DNA from: Acidobacteriota bacterium
GTDB lineage: Bacteria; Acidobacteriota; UBA6911
DNA: 64,000 nucleotides
Assembly (NCBI GenBank): GCA_031271905.1
Contig: JAISUT010000020.1
Location: forward strand, 2,432-66,431
Reading direction: 5' to 3'
The notes under the pieces are model-generated. The model worked only from the letters and a program-made list of their open reading frames with translations. It searched no databases and was not told where the DNA came from. A program made the position numbers and the translations under genes. Of this stretch, positions 20,441 to 28,432 are shown one piece after another. Position 1 is the first letter of the stretch. Each line of letters starts with the position of its first letter.

Positions 20441-21817
20441 ATGAAGATATTGGTCGTCGATGACGAAGCCGCCATGCGCGAGGTCGTCACCATGCGCCTC
20501 GAAAGCTGGGGGTACGACGTGTGTACGGCCGAGGACGGCGCCGAGGGGGAGGAAAAGGCCCGCGCCGCGAATCCCGACATCGTGATCTCCGATGTCGTCA
20601 TGCCCGGCGCGAGCGGGCTCGAACTGCTGAAAATCCTCAAGGCCGGCAACCCCTCCCGGCCGGTCGTCCTGGTCACCGCCCAAGCGACGGTTGATCTGGC
20701 GGTCGAAGCGATGAAGCGGGGGGCGCACGATTTCATCACCAAGCCCATCGACTACGCAAAGCTGAAGCTGATCCTCGAAGCCGCCGGACGGGAGCTCCAA
20801 GAGCGGCGCGAAAGCCGCCGCCTCTCCCTGCGGCTCGACAAGGGGGGGGCGGGCGGCGGACTCGGGGGGTTCGTCGGCGACAGCAAGGCGATGCGCGAAA
20901 TCTACGGGCTGATCGGGAACATCGCCCGTAGCGACGCCTCGGTGATCATCACCGGGGAGAGCGGGACGGGCAAGGAGCTGGCGGCGCGCACCATCCACGA
21001 CCTCAGCCGCCGCGCCCAAGACCCGTTCGTAGCCGTCAATTCGAGCGCCATCCCGGAAAACCTGATGGAAAACGAGATCTTCGGCCACGAGCGGGGCTCC
21101 TTCACCGGCGCCCTCGGCGTGCAACCGGGCTGTTTCGAGCTGGCGAACCACGGCACGCTCTTCCTGGACGAGATCGCCGAGATGCCCTTGGCTCTGCAAC
21201 CCAAGCTGTTGCGCGTCCTCGAAGACCGCAAGGTGCGCCGCCTGGGCGGGAGCCGCGAGTTCAGCCTCGACGTGCGCGTCCTCTGCGCGACCAACCTGGA
21301 GCCGCGCGCGGCGGTCGAGAACGGGAAATTGCGCGAAGACCTCTTCTATCGCCTGAACGTCTTCACGCTCACCCTGCCGCCGTTGCGCGACCGGGCGGGC
21401 GACATCCCACTGCTGGTGCAGGCGTTCATCCGGCGGGCGAACTCCAAACACGGCACCCGCGTCGAGGCGTGCCGCGCCGAGGCGCTGGAGTCGCTGAAAG
21501 CCTACGCCTGGCCGGGCAACGTCCGCGAGCTGGGCAACGTCGTCGAGCGGGCGGTCATCCTCTCCGGGGGCGAATGGATAGACCCGTCGCACCTTCCCGC
21601 CTACGTCCAAGGCGCCCCCGCCGGCGCGCGGGGCGGGGCGGCGTCGGACGAGGGCGGCGTCCTCGTCCCGGACGGGCTCACGGCCGCCGAGGTGGAGAAG
21701 GAGCTGATCCTGCGCACCTTGCAGGCGACCGGCAACAACAAGGCGGAGACGGCGCGACGCCTGGGCATAGACGTGAAGACGGTTCGCAACAAGCTCAAGG
21801 GGTACGGGCTCGCATAA
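20441..21817 (+). CDS. Sigma-54-dependent response regulator (REC + AAA+ + HTH)
   Basis: MKILVVDDE...DVVMPGASG is the REC domain. It also has GESGTGKELAA, GSFTGA, LFLDEIAEM and the C-terminal NKAETARRLGIDVKTVRNKLK. The ORF-track N-terminal extension (20294) was discarded. Confidence 0.9.
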   Translation: MKILVVDDEAAMREVVTMRLESWGYDVCTAEDGAEGEEKARAANPDIVISDVVMPGASGLELLKILKAGNPSRPVVLVTAQATVDLAVEAMKRGAHDFITKPIDYAKLKLILEAAGRELQERRESRRLSLRLDKGGAGGGLGGFVGDSKAMREIYGLIGNIARSDASVIITGESGTGKELAARTIHDLSRRAQDPFVAVNSSAIPENLMENEIFGHERGSFTGALGVQPGCFELANHGTLFLDEIAEMPLALQPKLLRVLEDRKVRRLGGSREFSLDVRVLCATNLEPRAAVENGKLREDLFYRLNVFTLTLPPLRDRAGDIPLLVQAFIRRANSKHGTRVEACRAEALESLKAYAWPGNVRELGNVVERAVILSGGEWIDPSHLPAYVQGAPAGARGGAASDEGGVLVPDGLTAAEVEKELILRTLQATGNNKAETARRLGIDVKTVRNKLKGYGLA

Positions 21818-21880
21818 GGGAACCTCTAAAAACCTCGCGGACAAGGCGCAACGTAGCGTCCGGGGTTTCTAGAGGTTCCC
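21818..21880. repeat. Nested-palindrome element, copy A (short form, 63 bp, orientation I)
   Basis: GGGAACCTCTAAAAACCTCGCGGACAAGGCGCAACGTAGCGTCCGGGGTTTCTAGAGGTTCCC. It begins immediately after the response-regulator stop codon and is flanked by ATAA on both sides (21814-21817 and 21881-21884). Confidence 0.9.
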
Positions 21881-21926
21881 ATAAGGCCGTCATAGGCCTG
21901 CATGGGCGAAGGGTGGGCATCCACGA

Positions 21927-23423
21927 ATGAAGATCACGACGCGCATCAGCCTGGGTTACGGCATGCTTCTGGCGATACTGCTAGGGCTGGCGTCATACCA
22001 GGCGCTCGCCATCCGCCGGATGCAGTCGATCAACCGCATGGTCGCCGACATCGACTTCCAAAACAGCCTCGGATGCCTGGAGGCGATGCGCGACTTGGAC
22101 TTGGTCGAGGAATACGCGCGCAAGTCCTTCGCCCTCGGCGACCCCGACTACCTGAACCAACTGGGCGAATACCGGCGCGACTTCACCGAGGATCTGCGCG
22201 ACCTGAAAAAACGCGCCCACGCGGGGGGCGAGCAGTCGGAGGTCGCCCGCCTCACCCGCAGTTGGGACGCCTTCAACCAGCATCTCGACTCGTTGCAACC
22301 GCAGTTCCTGGCGGGGGGCGGCGCGTTGCCGGAGGTGTTGCGTCAGGATTTCGAGAGCCTGGGGGCGCACATCCGGTCGGTCTACCAGGAGAACCTGCGG
22401 GCGATGTCCGAGAGCGTGGAGAGCGCGCGACGCACGGGGGAGCGGGCGTCGGCGGTGCTGGCACTAAGCACGCTGGCCGCCATCGCCCTCGGAACGCTGG
22501 TCTCCCTCCTCATCTACAGGTCGATCTCGCAGCCGCTCGCGCACCTGACCGAGGGGACGCGCGCCATCGCCGAGGGGAATTTCTCCTACCGCCTGGACAC
22601 GACGCGACGCGACGAGTTCTCGCAGCTAGCCAGGGACTTCAACGCCATGACCTGGCGCCTGGACGAGTTGGATCGGATGAAGAAAGACTTCGTGGCGCAC
22701 GTCTCGCACGAGCTGAAGTCGCCGCTCGCCTCGATGCGCGAGACGATCGCGCTCCTGCTCGAGGGGATTCCCGGCCCGTTGAACGAGAAGCAGCGGCGGT
22801 TGCTGGAATTGAACCGGCAGAGCGGGGCGCGCCTGACGGCGATGATCGGCAACCTGCTCGACCTGTCCCGCGTCGAGGCGGGCGTCATGGAATACGAGTT
22901 GCAGTCACACGACCTTGTCGCGTTGGCGCGCGGCGTCGTGGAGGAGGTCGGGGTGCAGGCGCAGGAGTGCGGGGTGCTGTTGCAGGCGGATTTACCCGAC
23001 GCCCCTCTTTTCGCGGAATGCGACGGCGACCGAATCGTGCAAGTCCTGCACAACGTCATCGGCAACGCCCTGAAATTCACGCCCGCAGGCTCCGAGGTCC
23101 GCATCCGGCTCGAAGCGGCGGACGAGCCCCCGTCGGGCGCCCCCGCCCCGTTTCGCGAGGCGCTGGCAGGGGGCGGGCGCGAGGGCGGGTTCGTCGCGGT
23201 GGATGTGAGCGACGGCGGGCCGGGCGTCCCGGACGCCGACAAGGAGAGGGTGTTCGAGAAATTCTACCAGTCGCAACAGGGGAAGAAGGCGAAGGGGCAG
23301 GGGGCGGGGTTGGGCCTCGCCATCTGCCGCTCCATCATGGAGGCGCATCGCGGCGCGATCTGGGTGGAGGACGCCCCCGGCGGCGGCAGCCGGTTCATCG
23401 TCTTGCTGAAGGCCGCGAAATGA
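21927..23423 (+). CDS. Sensor histidine kinase (TM, HAMP, HisKA, HATPase_c)
   Basis: The N-terminal TM segment is followed by a second TM and a HAMP domain (ISQPLAHLTEGTRAIAEGNF...). The H-box is HVSHELKSPL. The N/G boxes are NVIGNALKFTP, DGGPGV and GAGLGLAICRSIMEAH. Confidence 0.9.
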   Translation: MKITTRISLGYGMLLAILLGLASYQALAIRRMQSINRMVADIDFQNSLGCLEAMRDLDLVEEYARKSFALGDPDYLNQLGEYRRDFTEDLRDLKKRAHAGGEQSEVARLTRSWDAFNQHLDSLQPQFLAGGGALPEVLRQDFESLGAHIRSVYQENLRAMSESVESARRTGERASAVLALSTLAAIALGTLVSLLIYRSISQPLAHLTEGTRAIAEGNFSYRLDTTRRDEFSQLARDFNAMTWRLDELDRMKKDFVAHVSHELKSPLASMRETIALLLEGIPGPLNEKQRRLLELNRQSGARLTAMIGNLLDLSRVEAGVMEYELQSHDLVALARGVVEEVGVQAQECGVLLQADLPDAPLFAECDGDRIVQVLHNVIGNALKFTPAGSEVRIRLEAADEPPSGAPAPFREALAGGGREGGFVAVDVSDGGPGVPDADKERVFEKFYQSQQGKKAKGQGAGLGLAICRSIMEAHRGAIWVEDAPGGGSRFIVLLKAAK

Positions 23424-23426
23424 GGC

Positions 23427-24029
23427 ATGATGTTGGCCATGCTCCGTCATTTGTCGATCATCGTCCTGCTCGGCGCCTTGGCGCTGTCGGCGGGGTGTAG
23501 GAAAAAAGCCTCGCCGAAAGTGCCGGCAGAGCCGCCCACACCGCCGCCACAGGTGTCGGAGCCCGCCCCCTCCGCGATCATCCCCTCGGCGCAACCGGGG
23601 GACGGGGCGTCCGACGAGGTGCCGCCAGCCCCCGCCGCCGCACCGCCGCCCGCGGCCTTCCTCGCGGCGGAACAGGATTTCGCGGCGGGGGAGTACCAAC
23701 AGGCCGCAGACGGGTATGAGAATTTCCTGCGCGGCTTCCCGCAAGCGCCGGAGCGCGACCGGGCGCTCTTTCGACTGGGCGTGTCGCTCGCCTTGGCGGG
23801 GGACGGCAAGGAGATGCGCCCGACGGAGGCCGCCTTCCGAAGACTGGTCGAAGAATTCCCCAAGAGCCCCTATCGCCGCCAAGCGGAATGGCTCCTCGGC
23901 ATGCAGGCGCGCCTCGAACGGATGCAGTCCGACCTCAAAGACCGCGACGACCGGATCAAGCAACTCGGCGAGGAACTGCGGAAGCTCAAGTCGATAGACT
24001 TGGACCGCCGCCCCTCCCGCCCCGAGTGA
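23427..24029 (+). CDS. Lipoprotein with a YbgF/BamD-like TPR segment and a C-terminal coiled coil
   Basis: LLGALALSAGC is the lipobox, followed by a Pro/Ala-rich linker. FAAGEYQQAADGYENFLRGFPQAPERDRALFRLG...EEFPKSPYRRQAEW is TPR-like, and RLERMQSDLKDRDDRIKQLGEELRKLK is heptad-like. It starts 4 nt after the kinase stop. Confidence 0.6.
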   Translation: MMLAMLRHLSIIVLLGALALSAGCRKKASPKVPAEPPTPPPQVSEPAPSAIIPSAQPGDGASDEVPPAPAAAPPPAAFLAAEQDFAAGEYQQAADGYENFLRGFPQAPERDRALFRLGVSLALAGDGKEMRPTEAAFRRLVEEFPKSPYRRQAEWLLGMQARLERMQSDLKDRDDRIKQLGEELRKLKSIDLDRRPSRPE

Positions 24030-24092
24030 ACCCCGGGCGTCCGGGCTTCCGGGCTTTTATCCCTTGGCGTGCGAATCCCGCTCCAGTAATAT

Positions 24093-24539
24093 ATGGACAT
24101 TGAAGGTTTTTGGGTCGGCAAGGCGATGAAAATGGATTTCGAAGCTGTGAAGGAAGCCCCCGTCGAGGAGATCGTCGAGCTGTACAAATCCGCAGGATGG
24201 TGGCGCGAGACCCCGGAGGCGCGCGAGGTCATCCCCGCGATGATCCAAGGCAGCTTCCGCTTCATGGTCGCGCGGACACCGGAGGGGCGTATCGTCGGCA
24301 TGGCGCGCGCGATTTCGGACGGCTTCAGCGACGCCTACATCCAAGACGTCGTGGTGTTGCCGTCCCACCGGGGGCGGGGCGTCGGCCGCGAGTTGATTCG
24401 CAGGCTCACGCAACATTGTGTAGACAGGAAAATCGCCTGGATCGGACTGGTCGCGGAACCTGGGACCCGGGAGTTTTACGAAGAGCTGGGTTACGGGCCC
24501 CTGGCCGGGTATCAACCCATGCTCTATGGCAAGCGGTAA
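24093..24539 (+). CDS. GNAT-family N-acetyltransferase
   Basis: The protein is 148 aa. The acetyl-CoA-binding motif is VVVLPSHRGRGVGRELIRRL (Q/RxxGxG/A). Confidence 0.8.
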   Translation: MDIEGFWVGKAMKMDFEAVKEAPVEEIVELYKSAGWWRETPEAREVIPAMIQGSFRFMVARTPEGRIVGMARAISDGFSDAYIQDVVVLPSHRGRGVGRELIRRLTQHCVDRKIAWIGLVAEPGTREFYEELGYGPLAGYQPMLYGKR

Positions 24540-25457
24540 ATGAGCGCGTTTTCTTTCTTGGGCTTCGACTTCTCCCCAGTGCGACCGGAGGATCAGGACG
24601 CCATCTCCAGCTTCCTCCAAAGGCACCCCCAGCCGTTGAGCGGCTACACCTACTCCACCCTGGAGGCTTGGAGGGCGTTTTCCAATTACGACCGGCGCGA
24701 GCCGCTGAAAACCCTGCTCATCGCCTACCGTCTCGACCCCGACGCGCCGCCGACCCTGATCCAACCGGTGGGGGAGTTCACCCCGGCGTTCCAAGACCGC
24801 CTCTTCCAAGAGGCGGCGGCGCTGGAGAAGCCGTTGCGGTTCGTCGGCGTCAGCGGGCAGTTCATGGAGCGCCATCCCGAATTCGTCGCCCGCTGTTCCG
24901 CATACGAAGAACGCAACTTCGCCCAGTACCTGTATCGGACCGAAGACTTGGCGGAGTTGCGGGGGCGGAAGTTCTCCAAGAAGCGGAACCTCATCTCGCA
25001 GGCGCGCGGCGCCTACGAATGGGAGTCGCACACGCTGACCGGGGAGCTGGCGGGGCGGTGTTTCGAAGTGCTCGAATCCATCCGGGTGCAGGAGCGCCCG
25101 CTGATGGAGGGGATGATGCAGCGGGAGCTCGCCGCGCTGGAGACCACCTTGCGCAACCTCCGGCGCCTGAACCAGCAAGGGGTGCTGGTCACGGTCGGGG
25201 GGCGTCCGGCGGCGTTCGCCATCTTCGAGGCGACCAACGCGACGACGGTGACCGTCCATTTCGAGAGGGCCTTGCGCAGCTACAAGGGGCTGTACCAGGT
25301 CGTCAACCAAGAGACGGCGCGCATCGTCCAGGCGCAGGGGTATGAATTCATCAACCGCGAGGAGGACGTGGGCGACGAGGGCTTGCGCTCCGCCAAGATG
25401 TCGTACCACCCGTTCGAGCTGGTCTCCGCATGGGATTTGACGTTGAACCGGGCGTAG
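24540..25457 (+). CDS. DUF2156-domain protein (lysyl-phosphatidylglycerol-synthase C-terminal-domain-like acyltransferase fold)
   Basis: ...FSKKRNLISQ...VTVGGRPAAFAIFE...VHFERA...YKGLYQ.VNQE...EFINREEDVGDEGLRSAKMSYHP is typical of the DUF2156/LPG_synthase_C family. The ATG abuts the GNAT stop (TAAATG). Confidence 0.7.
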   Translation: MSAFSFLGFDFSPVRPEDQDAISSFLQRHPQPLSGYTYSTLEAWRAFSNYDRREPLKTLLIAYRLDPDAPPTLIQPVGEFTPAFQDRLFQEAAALEKPLRFVGVSGQFMERHPEFVARCSAYEERNFAQYLYRTEDLAELRGRKFSKKRNLISQARGAYEWESHTLTGELAGRCFEVLESIRVQERPLMEGMMQRELAALETTLRNLRRLNQQGVLVTVGGRPAAFAIFEATNATTVTVHFERALRSYKGLYQVVNQETARIVQAQGYEFINREEDVGDEGLRSAKMSYHPFELVSAWDLTLNRA

Positions 25458-25523
25458 CCGCACCCCGCCGACGAAACCGCGACCCCCGACGATCCGACCC
25501 CGACGATCCGACGATCTCCCTCG

Positions 25524-25552
25524 TTTACACCACGAGGCTTTTGATCTATAAT
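25524..25552 (+). promoter_or_regulatory. Sigma-70-type promoter upstream of the DksA/TraR gene
   Basis: TTTACA (25524-25529), a 17-nt spacer, then TATAAT (25547-25552). It is about 33 nt upstream of the ATG, with a GGAG ribosome-binding site between. Confidence 0.5.
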
Positions 25553-25584
25553 GCCTAGCTTTCGGTCTAGGAGCGGACGTATCT

Positions 25585-25926
25585 ATGAACAAGCGGGAAC
25601 TCAAGAAATTCAGAACCGCCCTGCAGGAGAAGCGTGACGCCATCGTCAACGCGACTGGCAAAAAGCCGCATTGGGAGAACATGGCAGACACGCGGCACGG
25701 CGATTTCGTGGATCAGGCCAGCGACGACAACGAAGTCCATGTCAACCTCAAGCTGCTTCAGACCGACGCCAAGCTGTTGCGTGCCATAGAAGCCGCCATC
25801 GAAAGGATCGACAAGGGCGAGTACGGCGTTTGCGCCGCCTGCGGCGAGGCCATCAGCGTCGCCCGGTTGAAAGCCGTCCCGTGGACCAGCGTCTGCATCG
25901 ACTGCAAGGGTAAAAAGTCCATCTGA
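25585..25926 (+). CDS. DksA/TraR-family C4 zinc-finger protein
   Basis: The protein is 113 aa with a coiled-coil N-terminal half and a C-terminal CAACGEAI...CIDCK four-Cys finger with the family spacing. Confidence 0.85.
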   Translation: MNKRELKKFRTALQEKRDAIVNATGKKPHWENMADTRHGDFVDQASDDNEVHVNLKLLQTDAKLLRAIEAAIERIDKGEYGVCAACGEAISVARLKAVPWTSVCIDCKGKKSI

Positions 25927-26070
25927 GGGCAGCCCGGACCGGGGCATGGTCGCGGCGTCCCCGCCCGGTCTCGCCTGGCGGGGAGTTGCGCCCGCAGTGC
26001 CGCCCGTCGCGCGCCATGGGGCGCAGCCGTCCATCCTCCTTTTTCATCCCCTGCACCCGCCCTTGGTTAT

Positions 26071-26192
26071 GGGAGCCTTCTAAAAACCTCGCAGACAAGG
26101 CGTCGCCGCAGGTCGAAAAACGGAGTTCGCTGAGACGAATGAGCATTTTCGACCAAGGCGCAACGCAGTATCCGGGTTTTTTTGAGGTCCCC
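26071..26192. repeat. Nested-palindrome element, copy B (full form, 122 bp, orientation I)
   Basis: GGGAGCCTTCTAAAAACCTCGCAGACAAGGCGTCGCCGCAGGTCGAAAAA...CATTTTCGACCAAGGCGCAACGCAGTATCCGGGTTTTTTTGAGGTCCCC. It is flanked by TTAT on both sides (26067-26070 and 26193-26196). Confidence 0.9.
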
Positions 26193-26236
26193 TTATGATA
26201 TTGTGTAAAATCGCACGACAGGCCGACGGAGGGGGG

Positions 26237-26791
26237 ATGGCCAAGATATACACGCGGACAGGGGACGAGGGGGTCACCAGCCTGGTGGGAGGCGGGCGCG
26301 CGCCGAAGGACTCGCCCGCCATCGAGGCGGGCGGCGACATCGACGAGCTCTGCGCGAGCGTCGGCGCCGTTCGGGCGCATCCCCTCCCAGACGGGGTGGA
26401 CGATGTCTTGCAGTCGGTTCAGGAATGCCTGTTCCGCATCGGCATCGAGGTCGCGACGCCAACCGGGACGTCTTCCGGCGTCCCGTGCGTCGCGGACGGG
26501 GACGTCGTGGCGTTGGAGCGGCAGATCGACGCCTTCGAGGCGGAGGTGCCGCCGCTCCGGCGGTTCGTCCTCCCCGGCGGTTCGCAGGCCGGCGCGGCGC
26601 TCCACCTGGCGCGGGCGGTCGCCCGCCGCGCCGAACGCCGGTGCGTCGCCCTGTCCCGCGACGGCGGGGTCGCGCCCGCCGCCGTCCGTTGGCTGAACCG
26701 CCTCTCCGACCTGCTTTTCGTGCTGGCGCGATATGTGAACATGGAGCAATCCGCGACGGAAAGAAGCCCGGACTTGGCGCGAGGGAGGTGA
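26237..26791 (+). CDS. ATP:cob(I)alamin adenosyltransferase, PduO/MMAB type
   Basis: MAKIYTRTGDEGVTSL..G....KD...IEA.G.IDEL...VG and ...RFVLPGGS..GAALHLARAV.RRAER...LNRLSD.LFVLAR are canonical PduO-type blocks. Confidence 0.85.
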   Translation: MAKIYTRTGDEGVTSLVGGGRAPKDSPAIEAGGDIDELCASVGAVRAHPLPDGVDDVLQSVQECLFRIGIEVATPTGTSSGVPCVADGDVVALERQIDAFEAEVPPLRRFVLPGGSQAGAALHLARAVARRAERRCVALSRDGGVAPAAVRWLNRLSDLLFVLARYVNMEQSATERSPDLARGR

Positions 26792-26797
26792 GGGGCG

Positions 26798-27688
26798 ATG
26801 CAGATCGAGACGCTGAAGGTGTTTTGCGACCTGGTGGAGAGCCGAAGCTTCTCCCGCGCCGCGATGCGCAACGCCATCACCCAGTCCGCCGTCAGCCAGC
26901 AGGTGAAGAACCTGGAGTCGCGCTTTGAGACGCAATTGTTGCGCCGCGACGGCAAGTCGGTCTCGCCCACCCCGGTGGGACGGCTGTTCTACGAACGTTC
27001 CCGCGTGATTTTGGACAGCTTCGACCAGATGCAGTTCGAGATCAAATCCATCGGGCAAGACATGGTCGGCAGCGTGCGCGTGGAGACCATCTACAGCGTC
27101 GGACTGTATGAGATCTCGATGGTGGTCAAAAACTTCCTGCGGCAATACCCCAAGGTCAACCTCCATGTGGAGTACAGCAAGGGGGCGCGCGTGTACGAGG
27201 ACTGCCTGCGCGGGGTCATCGACCTCGGCATCGTGACCTACCCCGAGCCGCGCAAGGGCTTGCGCATCATCCCCCTGCCCGCCGACCGGCTCATCCTCAT
27301 CTGCGCCCCGGATCACCCGCTCGCCAAGCGCCGCCACATCGACATCCAGAAACTGAACGGCGAAAACTACATCGCGTTCGAGAAGGGGCTGGCGAGCCAG
27401 CGGGCGCTGGACGGGATTTTCCGCGAGCACGACATCGAGGTGCGCACCGTGATGGAGTTCGACAACATCGAGACCATCAAACGCAGCGTGGAGATCGGCG
27501 CAGGCGTTTCGATCGTCCCCTTGCTCAGCGTGCAGAAGGAGGTGCAGAACGGCCTCCTGGCGCAGGTCGGCTTCACGGACAAGAATTTTTACCGGCCCCT
27601 GGGCATCATCGTGCGCACCCGGCATCCCATAAGCCCCGCCGCGCGGAAGTTCATCGAGCTGATGCAGACCCCGCAAAAAGGCGCATAG
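26798..27688 (+). CDS. LysR-family transcriptional regulator
   Basis: The N-terminal HTH is MQIETLKVFCDLVESRSFSRAAMRNAITQSAVSQQVKNLE. A LysR substrate-binding domain of the expected length (296 aa total) follows. Confidence 0.9.
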   Translation: MQIETLKVFCDLVESRSFSRAAMRNAITQSAVSQQVKNLESRFETQLLRRDGKSVSPTPVGRLFYERSRVILDSFDQMQFEIKSIGQDMVGSVRVETIYSVGLYEISMVVKNFLRQYPKVNLHVEYSKGARVYEDCLRGVIDLGIVTYPEPRKGLRIIPLPADRLILICAPDHPLAKRRHIDIQKLNGENYIAFEKGLASQRALDGIFREHDIEVRTVMEFDNIETIKRSVEIGAGVSIVPLLSVQKEVQNGLLAQVGFTDKNFYRPLGIIVRTRHPISPAARKFIELMQTPQKGA

Positions 27689-27705
27689 GGGAAAGGCGCA
27701 GGCAT

Positions 27706-28350
27706 ATGCGAAAAGACGCTTTGCGGCTCTACATCGTGCGCCACGGCGAGACGGCGCAAAACGTGAAGATGGCATACCTGGGCATCTCCGCCGAACCGCT
27801 GAACGACACGGGACGCCGTCAGGCCGCCCGCGCGGCGGAGGCGTTGTCGCCGCTGCCGCTCCGGCTGGTCGTCGCCAGCCCCCTGCGCCGCACCTTGGAC
27901 ACGGCGGAGGCCATCGCCGCCGCCGCCAACGTAAAGTTGCGCTGCGACGAACGGTTGCGCGAAGGCTCTTTCGGCGATTGGGAGGGGATGACGCGGGACG
28001 AGGTCTTGGCGCGCAGCCCCGAGGACGCGGCGTTGCTGTCGCGTTGGGAAGACGACCCCTCCGTCGCCCCCCCAGGCGGGGAGTCGAGCGAAACGTTGCA
28101 ACGGCGCGTGGTGGGGTTGGTAGAAGAACTGGCGGGGGAGTTCCCGGGCGAGGCGGTGGCGCTGGTGAGCCATGTGGGGCCGATCAAGGCGCTTTGCGCG
28201 GCGGCGCTCGGCATCCCGCTCAACGCCTCGCGGCGGCTGTTCCTCGACCCGGGGACGATCAGCGTCGTGGATTGGGGCGCTTGGCCGGTCATCCGCATGT
28301 TCAACAGCCATGCCCACCTCGGCTGGACTTCGGCGCGCTGGATGGCGTGA
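27706..28350 (+). CDS. Histidine phosphatase family protein (phosphoglycerate-mutase-like; CobC/alpha-ribazole-phosphatase-like)
   Basis: LYIVRHGET contains the RHG catalytic motif. It also has ...SPLRRT.DTA... and a later VSHVGPI (second His). Confidence 0.8.
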   Translation: MRKDALRLYIVRHGETAQNVKMAYLGISAEPLNDTGRRQAARAAEALSPLPLRLVVASPLRRTLDTAEAIAAAANVKLRCDERLREGSFGDWEGMTRDEVLARSPEDAALLSRWEDDPSVAPPGGESSETLQRRVVGLVEELAGEFPGEAVALVSHVGPIKALCAAALGIPLNASRRLFLDPGTISVVDWGAWPVIRMFNSHAHLGWTSARWMA

Positions 28351-28432
28351 CGACCCGAGACGGGGAGCTCCGCGCCATCCCCTTCCCCGCCCCTTCCGGC
28401 ATGTCCCCGCGCCCCTTTGCATCACACTGCAA

